Source: a virus
Virus record (IMG/VR): IMGVR_UViG_3300045988_126190
Location: 1 to 64,000 of that record
DNA length: 64,000 nucleotides
Strand: one strand, 5' to 3'
Position numbers and translations under genes: made by a program. Below are positions 41,491 through 49,632 of the stretch, in pieces. How positions within the stretch are numbered: the first letter of the stretch is position 1; each line of letters opens with the position of its first letter. Under the pieces are notes generated by a model that saw only the letters and a program-made list of their open reading frames with translations, had not been told where the DNA came from and made no database searches.

Positions 41491-42044
41491 TGGAAAACAA
41501 AATGACGACAGATCGCGCGATTGAACTTCTGCGGTGCAGGGGCGTGAATTTTACGCTGGACGAATACTGCGAGGCGGTGGGCATGGCGGTAGCGGCGCTG
41601 AAACAGAGCGCAGGGCGCGACGTGCAGCACGAGACGGATGTTTTTAAGGATGCCATTAAAGAATTCGGAGAGACGGCACAGGTTACGATGGTGTTCGAGG
41701 AAATGGCGGAGCTGCAAAAGGAGCTCTGCAAGTGGATGCGGAACGGAGAATCCGTTGTGGCAACTCACCACATTGCCGAAGAAATCGCAGACGTGGAAAT
41801 CATGCTCGACCAGATGAAACTAATTTTCGACTGCGCGGGATTGTCTCAAGGTTACCGCAGGGCGAAAACGGCGCGGCTCGCCGGACGCATCGAAAAAATA
41901 AAGAAGAATCGGGCGGATGAAGCAGAAGAAAAGAATGAAAGCCTTCGACAGACACAGGAAACCAACGGATGTCCGGCAGACAAGACGCTGACTAAGTCGG
42001 CGCTTGGACGGGGCTTTTGCAGGGAGACGGAAATAACTCTCTGA
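41490..42044 (+). CDS. MazG-like nucleotide pyrophosphohydrolase
   Basis: EEMAELQKEL...AEEIADVEIML is the typical EExxE...ExxD MazG motif pair. Confidence 0.6.
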   Translation: MENKMTTDRAIELLRCRGVNFTLDEYCEAVGMAVAALKQSAGRDVQHETDVFKDAIKEFGETAQVTMVFEEMAELQKELCKWMRNGESVVATHHIAEEIADVEIMLDQMKLIFDCAGLSQGYRRAKTARLAGRIEKIKKNRADEAEEKNESLRQTQETNGCPADKTLTKSALGRGFCRETEITL

Positions 42045-42074
42045 AAATTTTCCGAGAGAAACTAAAAAACGATG

Positions 42075-42185
42075 TGGTATAATCGGGGCGTGATGGAACA
42101 TTATCTGTCACGCTCCGCTGTTTTGCTATTTCCTTTCTATCGTCTTCCTTTCCCGACGGCCACGACGGACAGCCTCCGTCGTGGC
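42075..42185 (+). promoter_or_regulatory. candidate late promoter plus stable leader hairpin upstream of the packaging genes
   Basis: Extended -10 TGGTATAAT (42075-42083). 11-bp hairpin GCCACGACGGA/TCCGTCGTGGC (42159-42185) with no T-run. Confidence 0.35.
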
Positions 42186-42213
42186 TCAAAGGATAATATG
42201 ACAGCGGAAGTAC

Positions 42214-43131
42214 ATGAAAAGGAATTGGCAGGTGAGGAATGTGCAGGCAAGAATCGTTGAGGCAGAGGCGGCAGAGTCCCGTTTTCGCAGTCTGAAGGAG
42301 CTGCTTGGCGCTGACCTTGCCTGTTTTTGCTTTTGCGCGGTCAACGACGTGCCGTATGACCCGGCGCTTCCCTCCCCCGAAAGCTGGGAGGCTTACTGCC
42401 ACGCGCTGAAGGGCGAACGGTCGAAGGAATGGTTCATCGACGGCGAGACGAACGTCAACACCGTGCTTTACCTCGGAATGAACGACGAGGAGCGCTGGGA
42501 GCGCGTTTGGGGCAGCGGCGACCCAAATCGACCGTACAGCAAGCAGGACTACCAGCGGCTCGACGAGCTTTGGAAAACCTACTCCGCCAGACTGATGGGC
42601 GCCGGGGGGATGGATGCCCAGCAGGAGGACACGATCCGCACCTGCTGCAAGGAGCGGCTTCTGGCTGACCGCTGCATCGCGCAGGGGACGAAGGAATCCG
42701 TCTATATGGCGGCGAAGCTCAACAAGACGATTCAAGACCAGCTCGCGGCAGAGAACCTACGCAAAAAGGACGCAAAGCCGGTGGAAAACGCGAAGGTGGA
42801 CGGCATTGTAGACGCTTTGCGGAAGAAATACGGCGTGGGTGTGGAGCTGACCTATGAGCAGGCTGTTGAAATCTGCGCGAAGTGGATGACGAGCCACCGC
42901 TACCCTTATACGATGGACGCGGCGGAAAAGGCGCTGCTTTCGATTATCAACACGATCCGGAAGAACAACGACCAAGCGGAAATGCAGGAGCTTCCGGCAC
43001 AGTTCGGTCTTTTTGCACAGAGAAGCGAGTTTGCGGGAATTCCGAACGACATGGAAGAGGATGCCTACCGCTACTTGGGCTTGACGAGAGAGCGAAAGCG
43101 CAAGGGCGCGGACAGCACTCTGGGAGAATAA
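42214..43131 (+). CDS. putative terminase small subunit (assigned by position only)
   Basis: 305-aa ORF immediately upstream of the large terminase. No motif recognised. Confidence 0.3.
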   Translation: MKRNWQVRNVQARIVEAEAAESRFRSLKELLGADLACFCFCAVNDVPYDPALPSPESWEAYCHALKGERSKEWFIDGETNVNTVLYLGMNDEERWERVWGSGDPNRPYSKQDYQRLDELWKTYSARLMGAGGMDAQQEDTIRTCCKERLLADRCIAQGTKESVYMAAKLNKTIQDQLAAENLRKKDAKPVENAKVDGIVDALRKKYGVGVELTYEQAVEICAKWMTSHRYPYTMDAAEKALLSIINTIRKNNDQAEMQELPAQFGLFAQRSEFAGIPNDMEEDAYRYLGLTRERKRKGADSTLGE

Positions 43132-43134
43132 GCC

Positions 43135-44952
43135 ATGCCGCGCAAGGGAACCGTCTGGACGGCGGGGGCCGGTTGGGTGCGGTCGCAGGAGTACGAGGCA
43201 GCACAGTATGACAGTCTCGGTGACGGATGGGGCTTTCTGATCTCCTTTTGGCGCTGGTTCCCGGATATGCTTTGTGACCTTTCTCGCAGTGACGAAGCAG
43301 ACTATGAGCTGGCGCTATTACAGCGTGTATTCATGCGAGCCAAGGCACGGTATCAATACTGCGACATCACCGCCTGCCGTGGCGCGACCAAATCGTTCTG
43401 TTCCATTCTGGAAGAGGCCTGCGAGGGTCTGTTGTGGCCGGGCATTACGACGGCATATTTCGGGCCGTCCCTGCGGCAGACCGCAAAGATCGGCGCAGAC
43501 ACATGGGAAACCATTCAGGAAAACTATCCGGCGCTGGCCGCACACTATAACGTCGAGGTCAAGGGCGGCGACCGCTTTAAGATCACGACGGGATACGGAA
43601 GCAGCTTTTCCATTGACGCATTTCGCGGCGCAAACCTGTGTAAGGTCGTGGCCGAGGAATATGCGCAGGAGGAGGCACCCCCGTTTGACATTGAAGATTA
43701 TAAGCGCGTCGTGCTGCCCGCAGTTCGTATTGAGTACCGCGTAAAGGGCAAGCGCGACCCGACCTATGTCAGATTTAAGCAGCACTCCATTACCTCCGCA
43801 TCGCGGCGGCAGAACCACGCCTATGAAACACGGTGCCGCCACATTCGGATGATGGCGAGAGGCGAAAGCGCCTTTGTAATGGACGTTTCCTATGAGGTAA
43901 TCCTGCTGATGCAGATGCGCCCCGTGATGTGGGCAGAAACGCTCAAGAGCGAGCTTAGCCCCGACGAATGGGCGCGAGAGATGGAGAGCCTTTACACCGG
44001 CAGCGACAAGAATCCGGTCGTTCGCGACAGCGTTCTGACGGAATCGCGGTGTATGCTGCTGATGGAGGAGCATCACTGCTGCAAGGACCACGCGAACAAG
44101 GTCAAGCCGGAGGATGTGAAATACATCATCGGCTATGACGTTTCTTATGCAGACGGCGCGATCAACGCAAAATGCGCCTGTGCTGTAATCAAACTGACGA
44201 AGCAAACCAATTGGCTCAAGCGAGATCGATATCTGAAGCAGGTCGTCTGGCTGTCCGGTTGGGAGCCGGAGGAGCCGAGGGCGCAGGCGGCACGGCTGAA
44301 AACCATTTGGAACCGCTACTGCTTTGAGGGCAGCGAGACCTACATTGCCATCGACGCATGGCAGTACGGCACCGCCGTGTTGCAGGCACTGATGGGCGAC
44401 TTGGAGGACGGGCTGCCTCCCTTGTGCAGCCACGACCATTCCTTCTGCCCGGAGCTGGAGCGTGACGGCGCGATTCCGGTCGTGTTCCCCGTAAAGGCGG
44501 GCGGCGTCGGCGTGACTGACCCCGACAGCGAAATGCTGCGCTATGCCGAGGTGCAGTTTGAAAACCGCAACGTACAGCTTTTGACCTCGAACTGGGGCGA
44601 GGGCTTAGATGCCTATAAGACCTATCACCGCATCAAGGACGACGAGTTAGACCACCTGATCTACGCTCCGTACAAGGAAACGAACGTCCTGATTGGGCAG
44701 ATGCAGAACCTGAGGAAGGTTCCTTCCGGCGCAGGGATGGCAGAGAAGCGAATCTCGTCCCATATCCAGCGCGACGACTGGTCCGCACTGAAATATGCCC
44801 TGCGCGTGGCGCAGAAACTGGAAACGAAATATCTGCTCAAGACCTATCAGAAGTCGGCGTGGGACGCGGAATACCAGAAGGGTTCCAGTTTCTACGCATC
44901 CGGCGGCGGCGTCCGCACGGTGGGACGGTTTGCAGGAAGGAAATACACATGA
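43135..44952 (+). CDS. terL: terminase large subunit
   Basis: 605 aa. Walker A-like CRGATKS. Position upstream of a portal-sized gene. Confidence 0.6.
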   Translation: MPRKGTVWTAGAGWVRSQEYEAAQYDSLGDGWGFLISFWRWFPDMLCDLSRSDEADYELALLQRVFMRAKARYQYCDITACRGATKSFCSILEEACEGLLWPGITTAYFGPSLRQTAKIGADTWETIQENYPALAAHYNVEVKGGDRFKITTGYGSSFSIDAFRGANLCKVVAEEYAQEEAPPFDIEDYKRVVLPAVRIEYRVKGKRDPTYVRFKQHSITSASRRQNHAYETRCRHIRMMARGESAFVMDVSYEVILLMQMRPVMWAETLKSELSPDEWAREMESLYTGSDKNPVVRDSVLTESRCMLLMEEHHCCKDHANKVKPEDVKYIIGYDVSYADGAINAKCACAVIKLTKQTNWLKRDRYLKQVVWLSGWEPEEPRAQAARLKTIWNRYCFEGSETYIAIDAWQYGTAVLQALMGDLEDGLPPLCSHDHSFCPELERDGAIPVVFPVKAGGVGVTDPDSEMLRYAEVQFENRNVQLLTSNWGEGLDAYKTYHRIKDDELDHLIYAPYKETNVLIGQMQNLRKVPSGAGMAEKRISSHIQRDDWSALKYALRVAQKLETKYLLKTYQKSAWDAEYQKGSSFYASGGGVRTVGRFAGRKYT

Positions 44953-45311
44953 TGAAAAGCACGGACAAATATGGGCTTTACGTCGTGAGGCCAGAGGACA
45001 TCGGCGAAAACGAGAAATATTATCTGATTACGGCGACGTACTGCCTGCTATACACCAAGAAAAAGCCGAAGGACGGGTTTCCCGTGAAAAACCTGACGGC
45101 GCTGCCGTCGCTGGCGAAGCAGTGGTTAAACGGGGCCATTGAGAGCCTACGGCAGGAATATTTGATGGAGAATCAGCAACAGCTTTTGGCCAAGGGCAAG
45201 GCGTTCAGCGACGCGCTTCGGCAGGAGCTTGAGGCTGAGAGAATCCGCATCAAGGAAAGCGAGATGACAAAGGACGATGCAGCAACAGCAGAAGAAACCA
45301 AGAGCGAATAA
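44949..45311 (+). CDS. hypothetical protein
   Basis: ATG overlaps the terL stop (ATGA). 120 aa. Confidence 0.5.
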   Translation: MMKSTDKYGLYVVRPEDIGENEKYYLITATYCLLYTKKKPKDGFPVKNLTALPSLAKQWLNGAIESLRQEYLMENQQQLLAKGKAFSDALRQELEAERIRIKESEMTKDDAATAEETKSE

Positions 45312-47073
45312 TGCGTCGTCGTATGCCACCTACGACCAGTATTTCGGAGCGCTGCGGCAGTTAGCCTCCGAATACGGCGACGTACCGAGCGACGGTTTTT
45401 GGAGCGCGTGGACACGGGCTTCGATGTCAACGAATCCCTTTATCAACAACAGCCGCGTCAAGCATATCTCCTCCTTCCCTGCCGACGTTACCAAGCCACA
45501 GATTGTGGAAATGCTCAAGGCACCGGAGGACAACGAGCAGGCGCTTCGCGAAACGGCGGCGGGCTTGGAATGGGGTGCCTTCCCCTTCCGGAAAATCCGC
45601 ATGACCTATCAAGGGGTCAACACCTACCACTATTACCACTACCCCGCGAACCTCACAAAGGAGGACGCGAAATCCGATACGCTGCGGCGCGAGGGTGTGC
45701 TGCTGGACAAGTTCAACCGGCGCTTTCAGCCGGACGCGCTGGCGCACCAAATCGTCGGGCAGGCGTGGCAGATGGGCAAGGTCGCCTATTATCCGCGCTA
45801 TTCGCTGGATAAGCCGCACAATCGGGTGAATTTCGCGTTTGCACAGCAGATTCCCTCGGACTGGATCAAAATCGTCGGCTTTAACTCCGAGAGCAAATAC
45901 ACGGTCATGTTTAACATGATGTACCTGTTGCAGCCGGGGTCTGACTGGCGGCAGTTCGGCGATTTGCTTGCGCCGTATCTGGACGATTTTGACAGCGTGC
46001 TCGACCCCTTCGGGACGACAGGCAAACCGGACGGTTTGGGGAAAAAGTTCGTCTACGCCTCAAAAAACACGGTGCAGAGCGCAGACGGCAGAGCCTTCCG
46101 CATCCAGCCGGACAAATTAAAGGCGAACGCAGCGGGAAATCCGCAGATATACAACCAAAACGGGCAGTGGGCGTATTACGTCACCCTCCCTGTGGAGGAC
46201 GTTTGGGTGTTCGAGATCGACGACACGACGAGAGCCGTTGCGCCGATGAGCACGGGACTGTTCATCAGTTTTGACCAGATTTCCCAAATTGAGGACGTGG
46301 CGCTTGCCGTGATGCAGAATCCGCTTGTGTCGATTGCGTTCGGCGAGATGCCGTACTACGCAGAGCGCAAGACGGAAACCAGCGACCCCATTAAGCTTTC
46401 CCCGACCGGACGCGCCTACTACGTGGAGCTGTGGAATCAGATGATTGCGGCGGCAAATGCGGGCGGCATTGCGTTCTTCCCCGCACCGATGGAAAAGCTC
46501 CATTTGGAAACGCTGCCGGAGGCGACCGGCTCAAGCGACATGACCTCGAAAAACTACGCCTACGCCGTGATGAAATCCGGCATGAGCGGTCTTATCCCCA
46601 TTAACAGCGACCCGAGAGCCGGTGCGGTGGAGATCAGCGCGAAGCTGGAGGAGGCGGTTTGCTTCTGCATCTACCGCCAGATGGAACGGATGATGGAATC
46701 CGTTTACCGCAGAATGGGCCTGCGGTACGAATGGCGGTTTACCATGTTCGGCGGCTTCGTTTCGGACAAGGCCGACCTCGAAAACGCACGAAAGGGCTTG
46801 CAGATCGGAATGCTCTCCGAAACGCTCAAGTACCTTGCGCTGCGCGGGATGAGTCTGTGGGACGATATGAGCGTGTCGCACTTCATCAATGAGAGCGGCG
46901 TGCTTGACCTGAGAATCCCACCTATCACGAGCTACACGGCGACGCAGGGCGAAAGCGGCTTGCCGCCGAAGGCTCCGAAAGACCCGGACAACGAGGGCGG
47001 CAGACCGACAAAGGACATTGACGCGGCGCTGGAAAGCGGCTCTGAGGCGCAGGAAAGCGATTTGGACGGGTGA
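45277..47073 (+). CDS. portal protein (assigned by size and position)
   Basis: 598 aa, downstream of terL. Confidence 0.5.
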   Translation: MQQQQKKPRANNASSYATYDQYFGALRQLASEYGDVPSDGFWSAWTRASMSTNPFINNSRVKHISSFPADVTKPQIVEMLKAPEDNEQALRETAAGLEWGAFPFRKIRMTYQGVNTYHYYHYPANLTKEDAKSDTLRREGVLLDKFNRRFQPDALAHQIVGQAWQMGKVAYYPRYSLDKPHNRVNFAFAQQIPSDWIKIVGFNSESKYTVMFNMMYLLQPGSDWRQFGDLLAPYLDDFDSVLDPFGTTGKPDGLGKKFVYASKNTVQSADGRAFRIQPDKLKANAAGNPQIYNQNGQWAYYVTLPVEDVWVFEIDDTTRAVAPMSTGLFISFDQISQIEDVALAVMQNPLVSIAFGEMPYYAERKTETSDPIKLSPTGRAYYVELWNQMIAAANAGGIAFFPAPMEKLHLETLPEATGSSDMTSKNYAYAVMKSGMSGLIPINSDPRAGAVEISAKLEEAVCFCIYRQMERMMESVYRRMGLRYEWRFTMFGGFVSDKADLENARKGLQIGMLSETLKYLALRGMSLWDDMSVSHFINESGVLDLRIPPITSYTATQGESGLPPKAPKDPDNEGGRPTKDIDAALESGSEAQESDLDG

Positions 47074-47077
47074 TGCT

Positions 47078-47257
47078 ATGGTAACGACCGAGGACATCAA
47101 AATCATCAACGACGCTCTTAAAAAGGGCTTTGACGTGAGAATTCAGAACACCCCGGACGGCTACCGCATTGTCGCGGACAAGGTGAGCGTCCTGAAGCGC
47201 GGGCATTCCGCGAAAAAGCCCAGCGCAATGATGGGTTATTCCGACAAGAGGCAATAA
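47078..47257 (+). CDS. hypothetical small protein (59 aa)
   Basis: ATG 47078 lies 5 nt after the portal stop. Sequence begins MVTTEDIKIINDALKKGFDVRIQNTPDGYRIV... Confidence 0.45.
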   Translation: MVTTEDIKIINDALKKGFDVRIQNTPDGYRIVADKVSVLKRGHSAKKPSAMMGYSDKRQ

Positions 47258-47283
47258 AAAACCGGCGGGTTTCCCGCCGATAT

Positions 47284-47350
47284 GCCGCGCCCTAGGTGGC
47301 TGGGAGGGCTGAATGACCCTCAATGATCGGTTCAATTCCGGTGCGCGGTA
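47284..47350 (+). ncRNA. tRNA-like element A (67 nt; non-canonical)
   Basis: 7-bp acceptor stem GCCGCGC/GCGCGGT. T-arm ATCGG-TTCAATT-CCGGT. 5-bp anticodon-like stem with an 8-nt loop CTGAATGA. D-arm reduced. Confidence 0.4.
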
Positions 47351-47474
47351 TTTGATTTTCGTTGCATTGGCCTCCTTTCTGTTAACGCCCCACGACGGAT
47401 GGCGCTTTTGCGAGCTGCGAGACGGCCGAGCGTCTGGGATGAAACAATCCGTGCCGGTGAAAATCCGGCGACAT

Positions 47475-47528
47475 ATGGGGCGCAAAGGGAGCGGCGACGT
47501 TGCCGGCGGTTCGAGTCCGTATGCCCCT
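47475..47528 (+). ncRNA. tRNA-like mini-helix B (weaker)
   Basis: GGCGG-TTCGAGT-CCGTA T-arm-like hairpin, with a 6/7 acceptor-like pairing TGGGGCG/TGCCCCT. Confidence 0.2.
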
Positions 47529-47711
47529 TTTGATCGTCCCCTGCCGCCGGGGTCTCACAAATAGGCGGCTTGCAAAAATCTTCTAAGGGGTGTCCATTTC
47601 GCGCGCCCCTTGCACACTGAACAACGTTATTCTTGCGATTACTCCTACAAATTCGTCACCCTGCACAAATCTAGCTCCTGAATTTCGTACATTCTGCTGT
47701 TTCAATTATCC

Positions 47712-47749
47712 TTGACTTTTGGCGGACATAAGTTATAATAGACTTATGG
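47712..47749 (+). promoter_or_regulatory. promoter/operator of RHH gene 3
   Basis: TTGACT(47712)-16 nt-TATAAT(47734). The inverted repeat CATAAGT(47727)/ACTTATG(47743) brackets the -10. Confidence 0.55.
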
Positions 47750-47775
47750 CAGACAAAAGTTGGAGGTGAGGTACA

Positions 47776-47946
47776 TTGTCGCCAAGAACCGGCAGACCAA
47801 CAGAAAACCCGAAGCAAGAGCGCATTACCGTCCGATTGGACAAGGAATCCGCTGAAATCCTGCACCTGTACTGCGAGAAAAAGAACGTAGACAGAGCAGA
47901 GGCGATTCGCCGAGGGGTTAAGAAGTTGGCAGACGAAATAAAATAG
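47776..47946 (+). CDS. ribbon-helix-helix (Arc/CopG-like) small repressor, copy 3 (56 aa)
   Basis: Not in the ORF track. TTG start 6 nt after GGAGGTGAGG. LSPRTGRPTENPKQERITVRLD...RAEAIRRGVKKL. Confidence 0.55.
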   Translation: MSPRTGRPTENPKQERITVRLDKESAEILHLYCEKKNVDRAEAIRRGVKKLADEIK

Positions 47947-48007
47947 AGTGTTGGCTGCCTCTCACAACAAACCAACACCCTATCAGACAGGACAGGGAAA
48001 CCTATCC
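47935..48007 (-). ncRNA. candidate sar-like antisense sRNA, module 3
   Basis: Minus-strand TTGACA(48037-48042)-17-TATAAT(48014-48019). Hairpin GTGTTGG/CCAACAC (47948-47978) followed by a U-rich tract on the minus strand. Confidence 0.4.
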
Positions 48008-48066
48008 GAAATCATTATACATCGGAGCGGCTTCCTTGTCAAACATTGTTTTGAAAAGGAGCTATT

Positions 48067-48819
48067 ATGAATAACGAGATTCAGATTTTCAGCAATGAAG
48101 AATTCGGAGAAATCCGCACTTTGGCTATCAACGATGAGCCGTGGCTCGTCGGAAAGGATGTAGCCGAAATCCTTGGATATGCAAACCCTAACGAAGCAAT
48201 ATCGGACCATGTAGATGACGAGGACAAACTCAATAGCAAAACGCTATCGAGTTTTTCTGCAAATCTTGGACAGCGCGGTGGCTGGCTCATTAACGAAAGC
48301 GGGTTATACTCGCTTATCATGAGTTCCAAGCTTCCGGCGGCAAAGAAGTTCAAACGCTGGGTCACATCCGAAGTTCTCCCCTCTATCCGCAAGAACGGCG
48401 GGTATATCGCGGGTCAGGAAAGCATGACACCGGCGGAGCTGATGGCTTCGGCGCTGCTGATGGCGCAGAAAACGCTTGCAGAGCGCGAGGCGAGAATTGC
48501 CGACCTGACGGTACAGAATCAAATCATGCAGCCGAAAGCGGAATACTTCGATGAGCTGTGCGACAGAGAAACCTTGACCGGCATTTACGAGACGGCGAAG
48601 GAGCTGGGCGTAGCGCCGAGGAAGTTCACAGCGGATTTGGTCAAGCACAGATACCTGTACCGTGGGAAAAAGGGACAGCTCCTGCCATGCGAGAGCAAGA
48701 ACGACGGGCTGTTTGTATTAAAAGAAACCTTCAACAACCAAACCAAATGGAGCGGCACACAGACGCTCATTACCGTAAAAGGGCGCGAACTGTTCCGCAT
48801 GATGCGCCTCGGCGCTTGA
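48067..48819 (+). CDS. antirepressor, Bro-N + KilAC/ANT domains
   Basis: MNNEIQIFSNEEFGEIRTLAINDEPWLVGKDVAEILGY...KRWVTSEVLPSIRKNG. KilAC-like C-terminus (LYRGKKGQLLPCESKNDGLFVLKE). Confidence 0.8.
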   Translation: MNNEIQIFSNEEFGEIRTLAINDEPWLVGKDVAEILGYANPNEAISDHVDDEDKLNSKTLSSFSANLGQRGGWLINESGLYSLIMSSKLPAAKKFKRWVTSEVLPSIRKNGGYIAGQESMTPAELMASALLMAQKTLAEREARIADLTVQNQIMQPKAEYFDELCDRETLTGIYETAKELGVAPRKFTADLVKHRYLYRGKKGQLLPCESKNDGLFVLKETFNNQTKWSGTQTLITVKGRELFRMMRLGA

Positions 48820-48834
48820 TTGGAGGCGTGCGGT

Positions 48835-48960
48835 ATGTTTGAGGGCTATTCGTTAGAGGAAATCACCGATATGATTCGGCACACGCTGAAAGACCCGGAA
48901 CGGCGAGAAAGGCTGCTCGGCCTTTTGGAAGAGCTGGGGCTTTTGCCGAGGAATTCATAA
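48835..48960 (+). CDS. small conserved protein (41 aa), MFEGY/PERR family
   Basis: TGGAGG SD. MFEGYSLEEITDMIRHTLKDPERRERLLGLLEELGLLPRNS. Intact counterpart of 9711-9887. Confidence 0.5.
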   Translation: MFEGYSLEEITDMIRHTLKDPERRERLLGLLEELGLLPRNS

Positions 48961-48975
48961 ACTACATAGTGCAAT

Positions 48976-49059
48976 GCAGCCGCGAATGGGCGGCTGTGAA
49001 GAGCAAAGAGGCTCATTGACACAGGAGACTGTGTTAATGGGTCTCTTTTTTGTTGTTTT
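48976..49059 (+). terminator. 84-nt composite two-hairpin element, copy 1 (strong intrinsic terminator)
   Basis: Hairpin 1 is CAGCCGC/GCGGCTG. Hairpin 2 has an 18-bp stem (AGAGGCTCATTGACACAG/CTGTGTTAATGGGTCTCT) followed by TTTTTTGTTGTTTT. Repeated at 61989-62071. Confidence 0.6.
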
Positions 49060-49092
49060 CACAGATTATTCAACCAAGGAAGTGATTATCAC

Positions 49093-49632
49093 ATGGCTTT
49101 AAGAGATTACGAGGCGCGATGGCAATTTCTGCGGCAACCGGCGCGGGAGGCTACCGAGGCCTACGAAACCGGCACACGGTGGTTCGACCAGATGAAGGAG
49201 CTGCTGCTCATTGAGGGCGGGCTGGTGCATCTTTCGGAGATGTTCCACCGTACAGCACACTGGTTCCCGACGCAGTTTGACGTGATCGGAGACATTCTGC
49301 ACCAGCGGCACGTGATTCAGGACTACGGCGCGACACCGGAATTTCCGGGCGTCGGCTTGTCGGACGGCGGCGAAATCGGCACTTGCTTTGAAATGGCAAT
49401 GCGGGTGTTTGAGGAGATCGAGCGGAAGCTCAAGACGCTGATTCGCCTCTGCGACGAGCAGAACGCTTGGGCGATTGCGCGGCAGTTTGAAAATCTGCAA
49501 ATCGCCAACAGCCAGCGGCACGAGCGGTTTCTGTACGCATGGAAGATGTACGAGGAAGCCGAGAGCGCCAGCTCGTTTGACAATTGGGTGCTGCACCTGC
49601 TGGACGAGGAAGAAACGGAGGCTGATGCGTAA
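49093..49632 (+). CDS. hypothetical protein (helical)
   Basis: AAGGAAGTGA SD. 179 aa. Confidence 0.55.
   Translation: MALRDYEARWQFLRQPAREATEAYETGTRWFDQMKELLLIEGGLVHLSEMFHRTAHWFPTQFDVIGDILHQRHVIQDYGATPEFPGVGLSDGGEIGTCFEMAMRVFEEIERKLKTLIRLCDEQNAWAIARQFENLQIANSQRHERFLYAWKMYEEAESASSFDNWVLHLLDEEETEADA

Noticed and set aside
43318-44439. 373-aa minus-strand ORF
   Set aside because: It is antisense to the large terminase gene. Shadow ORF.
47313-47564. 83-aa plus-strand ORF in the portal-to-cassette spacer
   Set aside because: No SD and odd composition. The region is better explained by dense RNA secondary structure (the tRNA-like elements).
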